A stretch of DNA of 63,411 bases, the filler included, from Intoshia linei (taxonomy: Eukaryota > Animalia > Orthonectida), in assembly GCA_001642005.1 (NCBI GenBank). It is 5 parts of 5 records of this genome, joined end to end, with 100 filler letters (N's around TTAATTAATTAA, not from the genome) between each part and the next. Parts side by side here need not be neighbours in the genome. Positions count along the whole stretch, not along the records: positions 41,950 to 57,138 come from LWCA01000924.1; positions 57,239 to 61,854 come from LWCA01001902.1; 3 more parts are not named here. One strand, 5' to 3'. Below the pieces are notes generated by a model that saw nothing but the letters and a program-made list of their open reading frames with translations, did no database searches and was not told the DNA's origin. Of the stretch, positions 43,772 through 57,665 are shown piece by piece (position 1 is the stretch's first letter; every line of letters begins with the position of its first letter). The position numbers were made by a program, and so were the translations under genes.

Positions 43772-46700
43772 TCATACATACTTTTCGTGTATATTTTCTG
43801 TATCAATGTTATTTATATTGTCAGTATCATCATAACTATCACGACCATTTTGAATGTCCGAGGAAAATTGATTTACGTTTTCCATATTTTTTAAGTCATA
43901 TTGCTGTGTATCTTTTGATTCTAAATTAGATGCATTAATTTCATTAGATTTATTGAAATTTTTTTTTGATGGCGACTCAAAGTATTCAGATACAGATTCA
44001 TTTGATGGGGTTTTAGATTTTATTTGTGCAGAGGATATATGTTCATTTCCTGTTTCAAAATGTTCATGTGATTCATCTGATTTCACTGGTTCATTTGATT
44101 CTTTTTGAAACACTGGTTGGTTTAGATGAGATTCATTTTCTATTTGAATCAAATTTGATTTAGAATTTCTATTTAAATTTTGTAAAATTAATTTGATGTT
44201 TATGCTAATGATTAAAAATTAAATTTTTTTAGGATATGTGTATAACTCAAATCCTTACTCATATAAAGTAACTAGCTTGACTGTTATGTAATTTGTACAA
44301 ACAGCATCCTAGCTCTGTCGAGGGCGCATTTTTTCATTTTACCAAAAAAATAAATTACAATAATAAATATACACATCAAATGTATAATAATATTTTTAAT
44401 CTTACTTAAAAATTCTACATTCACTATTATCATTCCTTTAATTGAGTGGCTGCTAAACTTGTTGCATCATTAACCCCGTTATTTCACATTACCTTTTAAT
44501 TTAAAGTGTATTATTCACACTTAATTTTATTTTATTAACATTTATGTAAATAAGTTTAAAAATAATTTTTTAATCTCATTTTTTTAATTTATTAGAGAAT
44601 GAGTGTATAATCTTAAAAATAAAGTAAAAACGGTACAATCTTAAAAATTGTTATAAAAAGCTTAAATTCTAAAAAAAAATAAAATTGTTAATAAACCTGT
44701 ATATTCAGTATCTTCTTTCGATTAGTAAAAAATATTAATTTTTTAGAGTTTTATTTAAACTACAAACTTACCGATTATTGTTTAACAGATCATACATTTT
44801 TACATTCATGTTTGATATTTTTTCGGTCAATGCGTTAATTTCCTTTTTAAAAGTAGTTTGCATTCGATTAAACTCATTTTGATATTTTTCATGAATTTTT
44901 TCGTTATTAGATTGAATTGTTTCATAAATATTCGGCTAAAAATATATAATTTGTATTGTAATCGAATATTTAATTAAATGCAATTAAATTAATGATTATC
45001 ACATTCGGTTGTACATTTTATATTGTAAGCCAAAAATTTTTCGAATTTTTTCAAACCAATTACAAAATTAATTAATTATCAAAAATATTTTTTTTTAATT
45101 CATTTTTTAATAAACTAAGTTAGAGTAAAATTTACTAATAACATCAATTGCACCAAAAAAATAAACAAAAACTATCTCTAATACTTTTTCAAAAAAAATA
45201 CCATAAAATAAAAAAAATTAAAGTACAGTTTTGTAACAGTAAATTGAAACCTAAAACGATAAATGATCAAAATTACCAATTTATTTTTTTCATCGATAAT
45301 TTGATCGTAATTTTCTTCCAAAATTTTCATCCGTTGATTAGTATGATTTAGGTTTGATTCATTTTTCATCAATATTACTTTTTCTGTATTGATTTGTTTG
45401 TCAACCAACTAATAATTTAAATTACAATGAATAATAAATTCAAAATTCAAATAGTAGACTTTTAATAATCCCTTTTATCCTTATTTATATAAAATGCTTT
45501 GTTTGTCTATGTATGTTATCGTTTATTTCAATAACTAAGAGTATTAGAATTTTATATAGTCCACATTACTATTACAATTTTTCCGGATGAAAGTAAGATA
45601 AATTTCAACCTCCAAAATTTACATCTTACTTGTCAAAAACCCCTAATTTTTCTTTTTTTTAAAAATCAAACGAGTTGGAGAATAATTGACGCCTTCACGG
45701 TCAAAAAAGTACTTTAGTATTCATATATTTTTTTCCTAAACATTTTATTAAAATACAAAATGTGAAATAATTAACGTTCCGAAATTGAAAAAAAAAAATT
45801 ATTCTATTAGAACTTATTTCAGATGATATATATACAAAATTTTATCCCTATCTACGCATTCCAGGTGAAAAATAATATTTAATATATTATCAACCAATAT
45901 TTTTCAAATATTTCGTTTAAAATAAAAATTGAAAATGTAAATATTGACACTACAATTTCAAATAACATGTGCATTGAACGTCTACAAATTTCCAATAAAG
46001 AAATATGGGTGAAAATCTATATAATTCATTTTTTCGGATTTTTTTTCATTCTCAAATACTCATTTTCAAAAAATTTTACGAAATTTATTTTAAAATTACA
46101 GCAACTAAAATTATAACTTTGTTATTATCATTTTTGTATTTATTACAATGCTTTGCAATGTTGGTAAAATTCATGTGAAATATGTTTTTAAACTGCTGCT
46201 TCCGTTAATTATTGATACAAAATTAATGTTTTTTAATAATCGAAAAAGATACTGATTATACAGGATTATTTACAATTTTATTTTTTATAGAATTTAAGCT
46301 ATTTTGACAATTTTTAGGATTTACTATTTTGGCTTTATTTTTAAGATTATACACTCATTATCTCAAATAAATTGAATAAATAGGATCACAAAATTTTTTT
46401 TAAAATTTTATAAAAAAAGTTAACCAAATAAAATTAAGTGGAAATTATTCATTTTAAATTAAAAGGTAATGTGAAATTAAAGTTTAGGAATGACTTCTTT
46501 AAATGTTATTAATAATGAGTAGCATTTTTAATTAAGATTTTATTATTAAATTTATTTTTTTGGTAGAATTAGATTAGTCCGCCCTCATCAGAGCTAGGTC
46601 CTGTTTGTACGTGGTACAAAACAGCCAATCTAGTCATATTATAAATACCTTATCAATATATTTATGAAGTTGGTTTTTGTTTCTTGAAACGTTGGACTCT

Positions 46701-49700
46701 ATTACTGAAGTAGCCATGATAATTTGCTTTTCGAGGTTTGAATTTATATCAGACAAATTTTTTTCTGATCTTCGCCTAAAAATGTATTATTGTAAATACA
46801 GATTAAGCGGAACACAATTTGGAAAAGGTGGTCAGAAGACTTTTTTATATTTCTAACAATAAATATACAATATATAATATAAATTATGTAATATACAATT
46901 GAATAGTTAAAAATATGTTTTAATGGTTACCATTTTTAATTTATTAAAGTTATTAAATAAAAAATTTTTTTTACGTGTTAATCAGAAGCGCTTGCATAGA
47001 TACTTCACATTGACAAATATTATGAAATTTTGAAAACAAATTATTTAGATTTTTCATAGCACATGTGCCACATGGTCCTTTTTTTGGTCAAAAGTTTACT
47101 TATTGCCTGGATACAACTGATTTATATAGAAAAACAGTGAAATTTGTTAAAGTTTGAAAAATGGTGTCCACTTTTTCTTCCATAGTAAAGTTACTTAGAT
47201 TACTTATTTATTAATTGTAAAGTTATCCGCTTAACCTGTCGCTACTGTATTTTAATTTGTAAATTAAACATTTCATATTAATTAATACCGATTCTAACCT
47301 TAGAACGAATGGTTTATAAAAATTTTGAAAATATTAAAAATATCATTGCTATATTATACCTTTTATTCATTTCAACAGCCAACAATTCGTTAAAATTATT
47401 TGTTTGAACGTCAATTTGTCTTTCAAGTAAAGAAACAATATTGCTAAACTTGGTAAAATTTGAATTATAAGTATAATTTAAATCCTAAATAAAAACAAAT
47501 CAACCCATCACCAACAATAAAAGTACCTGAATTTTATTGATGGTAGATGTATCAATTTTATTAAATAATTCCTCTTCTATTTTAAAATTTTTAGATTCCA
47601 TATTATTAATATCATCTTTGACTTTTTGATCGTATTCTTCAAGTTTCTAAATACAAAAATGTATTTAAAATTTAAAATCGTACAGTTAGAAATAATTTGT
47701 AGGTCCTATCGTCATTTTCTAATGAAGATTTATGTTGCTGATTCGCATAATTTCTCAATTCCTTAAAATTATTTGTTAATATAGATCGTTCGTCAGACAA
47801 TTTTCGATCGTTGGCATTGTAATAGGAATCCATTTTTTCGTCAATTTTTTCTAAATATTCTTTAGTGTTTATTACATTTTTTTCTAGGCTATTTTCCAAA
47901 TCATTATACCTAAATTTTTTTATAGTTTATTGATTTATACATGATACAAAATACATTTATACACTGAAAAATTTAATTTTAAATTTACTTTTTTTTTAAA
48001 TTCATGCATTCTTGGTGTAAATTTTTGTTGTTATCATCATATGATTGATAACATGTCTCAACACTTTTTTTGTACTCGGTTAATCTAAAATTAATTTAAT
48101 TGAACCTTCATTGACTAAGAAAATTACTTGTTCTTAATTTGTAATTTTAATTGTGAATATTCGTTGGTTAATTCCGATATATTTTTAGTATTGTTATTTA
48201 GATTGGATAGTATTTTATCAATATTGCAATTTAAATGATTGAAATGAGACGCAATACCATTTATTTGTGAGGAATTTTCAGAAACTTTTTGTCTGCAATT
48301 TTTGAATTGGTCATTCAGCATAACAATTGTTGAACATATTTGTTCTGAGCGTAGTATATAATCGTTATTTATCTTTAATATTTCATTAGTAACATTTGAC
48401 AGCCTAAATAACTATTTTATTATTATTTAAAGGGCGTTTACTTAAATCCAACCATTTTTACCAATCTTAAAAGGAAAAATCTAATTTTATCGAATTGTAT
48501 AGTATCCATACAAAGTCAGTATCACAAACAAAACAACGTGAAGTTCTTAAATAGAGGGATTATCGATAAACAAATGTTATAACCACTTTAATACTTACTC
48601 AAACTGATGATGGATCAAATAAAAAATTTTAAAACAAAAGTAAAATTTTAAATTAAAACATAAATTCCAGACGTGTAATTATAGTACATAAAATTGCATC
48701 AGACAGTGAAACGTTATTAGTTATTTACTTTACGAGTTAAGATTTTTCATTCTTTACTTTACACAAGACGAGTTGATTAATTTACACGAGTCTTTAAGTA
48801 AAGTAAAGTCAATGAGAAAATTCTTGACGAATATAGTAAATCTATTCATATTTAGCAAATATGCATTTCAAAATAACCATAATGGTTTAATGATTTTGAA
48901 TTATTCAACTTGGATATAAAATTGCATAATAAAGTTTATTAAATATTGAAATATTAAATTTTACAGTAACCATATATAACAGGAAAGTTATTTTTTAAAA
49001 TATATAAAGTAAATTTGTTGATAAAATAGCAAATTAATTTTTTTACAATGAAGATGTCAATTTACGAGACTGACATAGGCGGTGTTTTGTATATTGTATA
49101 TGTGCCTAACAATTAATCAAACTTTTCGCATACACGCTTCTAATATTTTAGTTAGTCAAAATCTTAGTTAGAAGGGTCGATACTCAAAATGTATGTGGAT
49201 ATTATATAAGTTTAATAATTTACCAAAATCATATTTACATGTTAAAAATAAAAAAGAAATTTTTTTTAATTTCTGGTGGCAGAATTCAATGCCGGCCCTA
49301 CCGTGGCCGATACTTATTAGTTGATAGTTAAACGGCTTTATTTTTGTAGATTGATAATTAAAAAATTATATTGTTGAATATCATATCTATTTTTTGTGTT
49401 AAATTTAACATGTCAAGTCAAGAGCGGTGATTAGGGCTATATGACACTATGCATCGTTTATGAAGATTCTCTTAGTCTAATCTTTTAGTGTTTATTTTCC
49501 ATTTTCGAATGGCTTCGAGTTAGGTAAATTCGGCTCTATCCAATTTACCCCTGTCATGTCACTGAACGAAACGTTTTTTTAAGCTTTTATGATACAAATA
49601 ATTGCATTCAAAGCCGTTTTAAGGTATGGGCAATATGGGCTGTAGCCCAGGGCCACTCATTAAAAATGCCCTTAAATTAATAAAAGTACTTTACATTTAT

Positions 49701-51092
49701 ATCTTAAAAAGAGGGCCCCAATTTATTAAAAAATACTTCACATTTATATCTTAAGAAACAGTTTATAAGTTTTGAAATGTGGGAATTCAAATAGCTAGAA
49801 AGAAAATAGTTTGAAGAATTAAAGTTCTGTGAAATGTTAAATGTGATGTCGAATGATAAGTTGAATACTTTATGTAATAATCTTACAGCAGCTTATATCA
49901 AAGATTTAGAAAAAAATAATTTAGTAATAGAATGTCAACAATTTAAACATTATTTTGATTGGGAAAAAACAAGCAATAACATTTTTGATATGTATAAAGT
50001 TATAAAAGGTGATAAATTGGAATCACTATTTTCTAATATTGAAATATGCATGATAATCTTTCTTTTAATGATGGTTGCAAATTGCAAAGGTGAAAGAACT
50101 TTTTTTAAGCTAAAATAATTAAGAATGAACTTCGAAATTGCTTAGCTCAACCTCGTTTGAATGCGCTCTCCTTAATTTTAATTATTGTTTAATCCTTAAT
50201 ATATGTCAATTGAGAATGATATTTTGAATGATATCAGTTTTGATAATATCATATCTGATTTCTCTCAGAAAAAAAGTGAGAAAACAACATTTGTGAAGAA
50301 TTGTCAAGAATTTTTTGTGACTGCATGGTGCATATTTTCAAATGAAAAAGTAAAGTTTGTTCATTAATTGATGTAAGTTTTTGTAAAAGAAATAAAAGTT
50401 AGTAGAAACCTACATAATATCTTTTAATGCTTTTATTAATACTCAATGAAATAAGACTCTAAGTCTCCAACCAACACTATGCCCTGTCTTTTAAACAGGG
50501 CACCTAAATCTTAACAGGGCCTCCGGTTATTTTCTTAGCCCAGGGCCACGAAGTGGCTTAAGACGGCTCTGATTGCATTGTAACATTTCATTTGCTAATA
50601 AAAAAAATTACTCTCCCTCCACACTTGTAAAAATAAATAAATATTATACTTTTCAGAATGTTTAGAATTTAAATTGTTGATAAATTTTTCAATTTCAAAT
50701 AAGACGCTTTTAATGGATTCGATCTCAGTATGCCCTTTAGTGACCGAAAGAATTATTTGATCCATTTTATTATCAGAATAATTGGAATCCATCTGATTCA
50801 ATCTATTGACTCTGTCTATTGCTTCCTGTGTATTATAATCTGAATGTGACTTGTTTAAATTTGCATAAAAATTATTTTCTTTTGATAATTGAATAGGCTC
50901 AATTTTGGCAAAATTATCCAAACAATTTAACTTTTCAAGTCTGGCTTGATTGCGATTAACAATACTTGTAACAATCTCCGCGTCATTTTTTTTAATCGGA
51001 TTCAATTTTCTCTCTTTAAGGTTCTTTAAATCTTTACCCTCGAAAGGTTTGACTGAGGGAACACTACTACTTAGTTGAATCCTTTTATTCAT
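43772..51092 (-). CDS. Multi-exon coiled-coil protein of unknown identity; 3' end uncertain
   Basis: In-frame GT-AG exons 51092-50650, 48403-48128, 48084-47989, 47909-47684, 47646-47527, 47484-47360, 46775-46649, 45408-45277, 44935-44772, 44168-~43772. Heptad-like E/K/L/N-rich body and an acidic low-complexity tail. No catalytic motif seen. Confidence 0.75.
45478..46633 (+). mobile_element. Helitron family copy with both termini in a coiled-coil gene intron
   Basis: A|TCCTTATTTATATAAAA...CTGTTTGTACGTGGTACAAAACAG...CTAG|T. Confidence 0.85.
46799..47238. mobile_element. Possible Tc1/mariner-type MITE
   Basis: CAGATTAAGCGGA / TCCGCTTAACCTG inverted ends; TA only on the left. Confidence 0.4.
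49609..50571 (+). mobile_element. Deleted hAT (Tip100/Blackjack, ZMYM1-like) element in intron 1 of the coiled-coil gene
   Basis: TIRs CAAAGCCGTTTTAAG / CTTAAGACGGCTCTG; perfect 8-bp TSD ATTGCATT. hAT C-terminal dimerisation relic FSNIEICMIIFLLMMVANCKGERTF..IKNELRNCLAQPRLNALS. Confidence 0.9.
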
Positions 51093-51827
51093 CGATCATT
51101 TATTTAACAGTAGTCATTAATCAAAATGAATTGTACATAAGGTAAAGTAAATTTTAACGTATAACCTACATTTTTATGTATTGATTATAGGCCAATTTAA
51201 CATTTCAATAAATCTAAACACAATAGACTAAATAAAAATACCCAAACATGTCCCATTTTATACGAGTAAATAAAAAAGTAATTGGAACACGAAAAAATCA
51301 ATTTATCATTTTATTATTACTAATTCATTAGATTTGTTTCTAAAACTCAATTCTTTACAAATATATATGGCTTTCTCAAGTTTAGTAGATTACAACACAT
51401 GATTTTTTTTGTTTTTTACATTACAAATTGCATTTGCATGTTAATCATTAACTTAAATTGAGTTATTTACATTAAGTATTAATGCATACATTTATTACAA
51501 GTTTGCAAGATTTAGAAAACTTTATCAAGGTTATACAGATTCGAATACGTTGGTACAGAATATACTCGACAATATTCAGCAAATAGTCTATAAATTTTAC
51601 ATTTGATCAACTTTGTTATTCACATTTTATCAATTTAAAAATTAAAATAGTTCCGTAAAATAAATTACACTATGAACGTGTTTAAATTGGTACATTTATT
51701 ATTTATGGAAACTTGTTAAAATAAAGTAAACTTCAACATTTTATTTAATGTCAAAATTGTTTTCATTTTTTAATTACATTGGAAAAGGATTAATTGTAGT
51801 TAAAACTCGCTTTTTTATTTTTTCTAG

Positions 51828-54766
51828 AAAACCAATTTTTGACATATCAGGTACATTTAAATTGTATTGCATTTGTTTTTTTATCTAATATGATTTTATT
51901 TTAACCATGAATAATGTATTAAATGTAAATCATTTCATAACCATTATATCAACTAATATCTTGAATTATGATTTGAATTGAATTGCTTCATTTTAAATTT
52001 CTAGATTCTTTACATGTCAATATTAACAGATTTCCTTTGCCAGGAAAAATTGGTTTCGGGGTTGTTTACCCTAAAATCAAACTTTTGTCAGCATATCCAA
52101 AATTGACAAACTCGTCTCTAGTCGATATCAAATATGATAAAATTGAAACAATATATACTCATCTCAAGCATGATCCAGTACTATTTCAAGTATTTAACAT
52201 AATTTCAGCGTTTAGAATAATTACAATGAAAAATGTTTTGATATTTTTAAATGCACAAATTTGTTAATTAAAGGTTTCATTTTTTATAAAATTTTACATT
52301 TTGGTTTGGTAATTATATTTTATTTTAGATTTGAATTTAATTTTCCCGGGTCAAGTCGAATCGAATGCTACAGCTATAGTTGTCACATTTAAGACTAACT
52401 CAGATATGAGTTATTATAATGTTGATTCAATTAAAGAGAGAAAATTGTTATCGCATCAAGTCTATTTATTTTATTTTTTATTTTAATCGTTTTTAGTTTA
52501 TAAGTATTGCCACAGTTATTTCTGATAAATTGTATTATAATGGTTATTGGGCCGATTTTTTAGATCCTTTTACTGCACGAGCGGTATTTATTTAAATATA
52601 TTGGTGCATTGTTCTCAACATGATGATATTTAGGTGACGCGACATTTTTGAGATTAAATTGATTTGATTTCACCGAAAGAGTTCATTTTTATATTGTATT
52701 GCTAAATTTTATTGAATAACTAGGTTATCTGTTATGTACTTTGTACAAATAGCACCTAGTTCTGCTAAGGCTGACGCTTTTAATTCTACCAAAAAAATTA
52801 ATTCAATAATAAAATCTTACTTAAAAATGCTACTATTCGCTATTATCAATTATTTAAAGGAGTGGTTCCCAAACTTATTTCACCACTTTTCACTCTGGTT
52901 TTGAATATCAAAATGCCTTTTTGATCGTGAAGGCGTCACTTTGTCGGATTGAAATTTTTCGTTTCATAATAATGGTTATGATATTAGAACCTATCTCAGA
53001 ATGTATGTTTTATAAAATTTTTGGGTTCATTTTATTTTTAAAAAAAGGGCCAATTGGGTTTTTAGCCCTGAAGGACTCAAATTATGAAACTCTAACATAG
53101 ATATCAACAGCCCTGCGAATAACTGTATGAGAAATTGGGTTTTTTAATTCTACTACTGTTAATTTTTTCAATATACGGTATCAGACATTTAATTTTATAT
53201 TAAAATTCCCCGTTTTTTCATTTTACTATTTCAAAAATATGAAAAACATTGGCTGATAGTGTATTAAAACTAATTTTTGCCCGGAATACGTAGGATTATG
53301 GTTCAAATTTTTTTTTATTTTATTTTAATTCTAGAATATTATAGAATATTTTTGTTTTACATTGTCAATAAAATTATTGTCGCATACCTGAATAACCGAA
53401 TAAATGTCTCTCTTCTCTCAGGCCATTTCTACGATCTTTTTATATATCCATGTTTTTGAATTGAATGCAGTAATTTGATTTTTCTAAAAAAATTACCCGG
53501 TAAGGTAGTCGTAATGGGGCCGTTTATTACCAGTTAAAAAAATGAATACTAAGATGAGTTTTTCCTATGAAGGCTAATTAATTAGTTAATTAGTGAAATT
53601 GAAGTTGTTTGTGTATGTTAATTGGAAATAACTATTATAGTTTACATTTATTTAAGTTAATAATTATTTATCATTTTGTTCTTTTCTTTTCAGGATTCTT
53701 AATTTTTAAAAAAAGAGCAATTTGTGGTTTTGATGGTGAAAAATCAAGTTTTTGAGGTTGCGATTTATGATAATGCTCATGATTTTAAAAACTCCCAGAA
53801 TTTGTTTTATAAAATTCTAGGATTTTCTCATTTTTAAAAAAAGGGAATATTGGGTTTGACCATACAGATGTAAGTTTCTATAAATGAAATTTGCGATAAA
53901 ACATTACTCTCGAAAAACTGCATTAGAACTGGGTGTTTTTAAAACTCTACACTATTACTTTCTGTAAACTGGAACAGATAAATTGTATATGTTTATAAAC
54001 TAAATTACTATATATGTATTGCTAAAAATTTTATGACTTTTTTATTTTTTTCAAAAAAATATTAACTTATGGTTTTAAACCAGATGATATCAGTTTCTAA
54101 AAGTAAAATTTGGATTAATTTCTCGTCTATAAAAACTGATTTGTAATTTGTGTTTTTTAAATTTTCTAAATAAATGGTTGCAAATAGACAGAAAGACGTT
54201 TCTATCAACTTTTACATTATACAGTTAAAGGTTAATGATTCATTAATGCTCTCCGATAATGATGAAAAAATTTTCTCTATTTTAGTGGTCATTTTTTAAT
54301 TTTTATTTGATTATCGAAATTTTTTTATTTTTCATAATAATTAATCTATTAATTTACATTTGTTAATATCGTCATGCTTGTAATTTCTTCCTAATGAGTA
54401 TATTAAAAATTAAACATTAACTTTGATTTGCCTAATTATGATTCCTCATGTTTTAATTTTAATTATTTTATCATGAACCTCAGGGATCCATGTGACCAAC
54501 TTTTATACTTCATTAGCCAAAATATAAACTTTTTATTTTAGCATTATTCACCTATACCAGAAAATTCACACCACATAACCAAAGAAATGTTTGACGCTCA
54601 CTATAGGTTCAAACATTTTGGTTTTAAAATACATGAAACTGGTTGCTGTAAAATTATTGAACATGTCAAATTTGGAAAAAATATATTTGTTGGACTAATA
54701 TTCACCAATTCTCCAACAAACGAACATACTTTATTAAAAATTAAGTCAATAATTAAAAATGTATAA
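51828..54766 (+). CDS. MMADHC: Cobalamin trafficking protein CblD; start codon exon not resolved
   Basis: Exons 51828-51850 (tentative), 52005-52177, 52216-52273, 52329-52459, 52497-52583, 54542-54766. RFPLPGKIG, NGYWADFLDPFT, RFKHFGFKIHETGCCKIIEH and IFVGLIFTNS match MMADHC RFQLPGNIG, EGYWADFIDPSS, GCCKVIRH and VVGSIFTNA. Confidence 0.9.
52720..53985 (-). mobile_element. Diverged, rearranged Helitron family copy in the last MMADHC intron
   Basis: CTAG/hairpin 3' end at 52720, followed by degenerate internal segments. Confidence 0.65.
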
Positions 54767-55490
54767 ATTTCAATACACATTTTCTATAACCGTTTCTTTT
54801 TATTACTTTTTTCCACTATCCGGTTTACATTTTAAATTCATTGACCTTTTTTTGTAAAATATTGTAATATGACATTTAACCCCTGCAATGTACATTATTG
54901 GTTTTTTTGAAATTACATTTTTGTTGTTTTATTCTTTTTTTTGCGATAGACATGTCAAATGGCATTAATAATCTTATTGTTAACAATTAATGATACAATA
55001 ATAACCATAAGGTGACATTACATGTCAATTTTCAGTATATCACCATTTTTATTAATCTTGACGGGTAAATTGTCTATTGTTAATTTATAATATTTAGATA
55101 ATTTTATGATGCAAATTGATATTTTAAAAAATTTGAATATGGTAATATCGAAAAATCTAGTCCAATACACTAAAACGGTTAATGTTAACTCATGTGTTTA
55201 TTTATTGAATAAAACCATTGCGATATTGTGTACATGAAAAATGTTATGAAAATGTATAAATATTTAAATGAAATGTTTATAGGATTTACACATTGCAAAT
55301 GGGTCTACAATTAAAAAAGTTTAACTTCCCTGATGTAGTTTTTCTATAGAACGTTTTATTAGAATTAGAATTAGATGATTTTTAAAAATATTAACCCCTA
55401 AAAAAAAATGTGAAATTTTTTCATGACTACGTAGTTTTCAAGAGTCACGACCTGAATTTTCTAATGAATTATAACAAATATAATATTTAT

Positions 55491-56370
55491 TTAATTGCTA
55501 TTATTCAAAAAAGTTCCAAACCTATTATTGGAAGCTACACAGGTACTTGAAATATCTTGAGATTCAATAAATTGATTAAATGATACATTTGCAGAATTGA
55601 AATAATTTAAATGAGCATATTCTTTTAAATTTTGATACTGGCAATCAGATTTTTGTTCTAATTTTTTGTAATTTGGTAAATTGTAAAATGTTCGTGATTG
55701 TTGATTTAAATTGGATCCATATAATTTAATAAAATTTTTAAGATATTTGATGTATTCATAAGCATATCGTATAGTTTCCATTTTAGTCAATTTTTGAGGT
55801 TCCAGAAATTTAGACTGCATGCATATATTGGAATATTGAGAATCTGAATTGTCCATATAAATAAATTGTGGTATACTGTCACGCAAATCATCTATTGCTC
55901 TAAAAATTTAATTTTATACATGTGCCAATAGTATTCATTTATAATGTAAATTTGATATTGATGTTAGATCCACCAAGTGTGTTGTATAAATCTTAAATGG
56001 CATTTTGAGAGTGACGGTGTAATTCCAGGAATTGAACCTTGATTTTATGAATTAGTAAAAAATATTAGAAAGTGGTATTCATTGATTCAATTATACGATG
56101 TCTAGTTTTTATCTTTATTTTTTGAATTTTTAACCTAATTAAAATCTTTTTTGTTACAAGTCTAGTACTGTATTTGACTAAAAATGCACAATTTCCGTTG
56201 GATAGAAGTTTAATTTACATGTACTATGTACTTTGTAAATACGTGTATTATTGTGTCAAAAATTACTTATTTAAGCATTTCATCCGAACTCTTTCCCTAT
56301 CATTTGCCCTATTTCGCTTATTATTCTTTATTTCAATGTGAACACCATTTTGGCTTTTCAACTGTTTCAT
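55491..56370 (-). CDS. Neurogenin-like (atonal superfamily) bHLH transcription factor, 2 exons
   Basis: Exon 1 56370-56267 (KRNRANDRERVRMKCLNK), exon 2 55899-55491 (AIDDLRDSIP...KLTKMETIRYAYEYIKYL). ANDRER and KLTKxETxRxAYxYI are neurogenin-type signatures. Confidence 0.82.
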
Positions 56371-57138
56371 TTTGAGTAAAATTTAAAATGATAGTGTATT
56401 ATTAATGGTGAAAATAAATGCAGTAATAATACTATTCTGATTATTACTGACCAATAGATATACTCAGCTTTGTATTGTTACAGCATGACATGTGTGTTGA
56501 TGTGTAATTTTAATACAACTGAATGACTAATCCGACAATACCTAGTACTATTCGTAAATGATTGGTTCTACAAGAGATCTTTATGCTCAATTTCTCTGGT
56601 TCTATTCAACTACAATTATTATTCTATTGTACAATTCCTATGTGTCTAATTAACAAATTATCACAAGTGAGTTACCCACTGTGAACTTGTTAAATCATAG
56701 AGCACGACCTTATACACAACGTACACATTTGCTAGCGATATGTTCATTGCTGATTTCGCTAAAATTAGATTTAACCAAGAAATTGCTTTAAAATTGGTTG
56801 AATTTCAACCTTTATCGCTTGAAATTTTTCAATTTTTTAAATGTAATAATAGTGTTTCAATTAATTTCATATTACTGTATTCACAATTTCAAGTTTTTGT
56901 CATCATATCATTCAAATCCGAAAAAAAGGTTAATCTGAAATGTCTCTCTTTTACGTCATAAAATGTACTTTTGTTATAAGTTAAAACACATAAAATAACA
57001 TCGGTGTATACCGGTCGCACCAAGTTTCTGATGAAAAGGAAAAATTATAGTATAAAAATAATCATTAATTGTAAGGGCTTAAAGCAGTGATGGCAAAGTA
57101 CGTGTTTGCGTGTAAAAAATACACACTTGACATTTTTT

Positions 57139-57238
57139 NNNNNNNNNNNNNNNNNNNNNNNNNNNNNNNNNNNNNNNNNNNNTTAATTAATTAANNNNNN
57201 NNNNNNNNNNNNNNNNNNNNNNNNNNNNNNNNNNNNNN
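57139..57238. other. Assembly gap spacer
   Basis: 44 N + TTAATTAATTAA + 44 N. Confidence 0.97.
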
Positions 57239-57665
57239 TGTATTTATATATTGTTCAAAAGTAGTTCATTATATGTGGAGTGGGTACCGGAACTTTACAT
57301 ATTTAACTCCTTCTCTAGCAATATTATTAAATGATATACACATTAAATTATAACGTTTGGATGAGTCCACAATTTCTTATACAGATTTTGCCGATAATTT
57401 TCAAATATACTGCGAAAGTGCTTCGAATTATTCTGAATTTTAATTTTTGTTTTCTACGATAATACTTTTTAATTTTTAACATAACTTCCAATCCGAAACA
57501 TTTTTCTAGTCAAAGTATTAGTCTATCGCCACTCACTGAAAAATTTTAAAGTCGATCGCATCAAAAAAAGATTGGGCACCACTGACATAATGTATTCATT
57601 TTCGCGTTTTATAAAATTGGAGATAACACGTGAATAAGAACTAATATTCATGTAAGCAAAATTAC

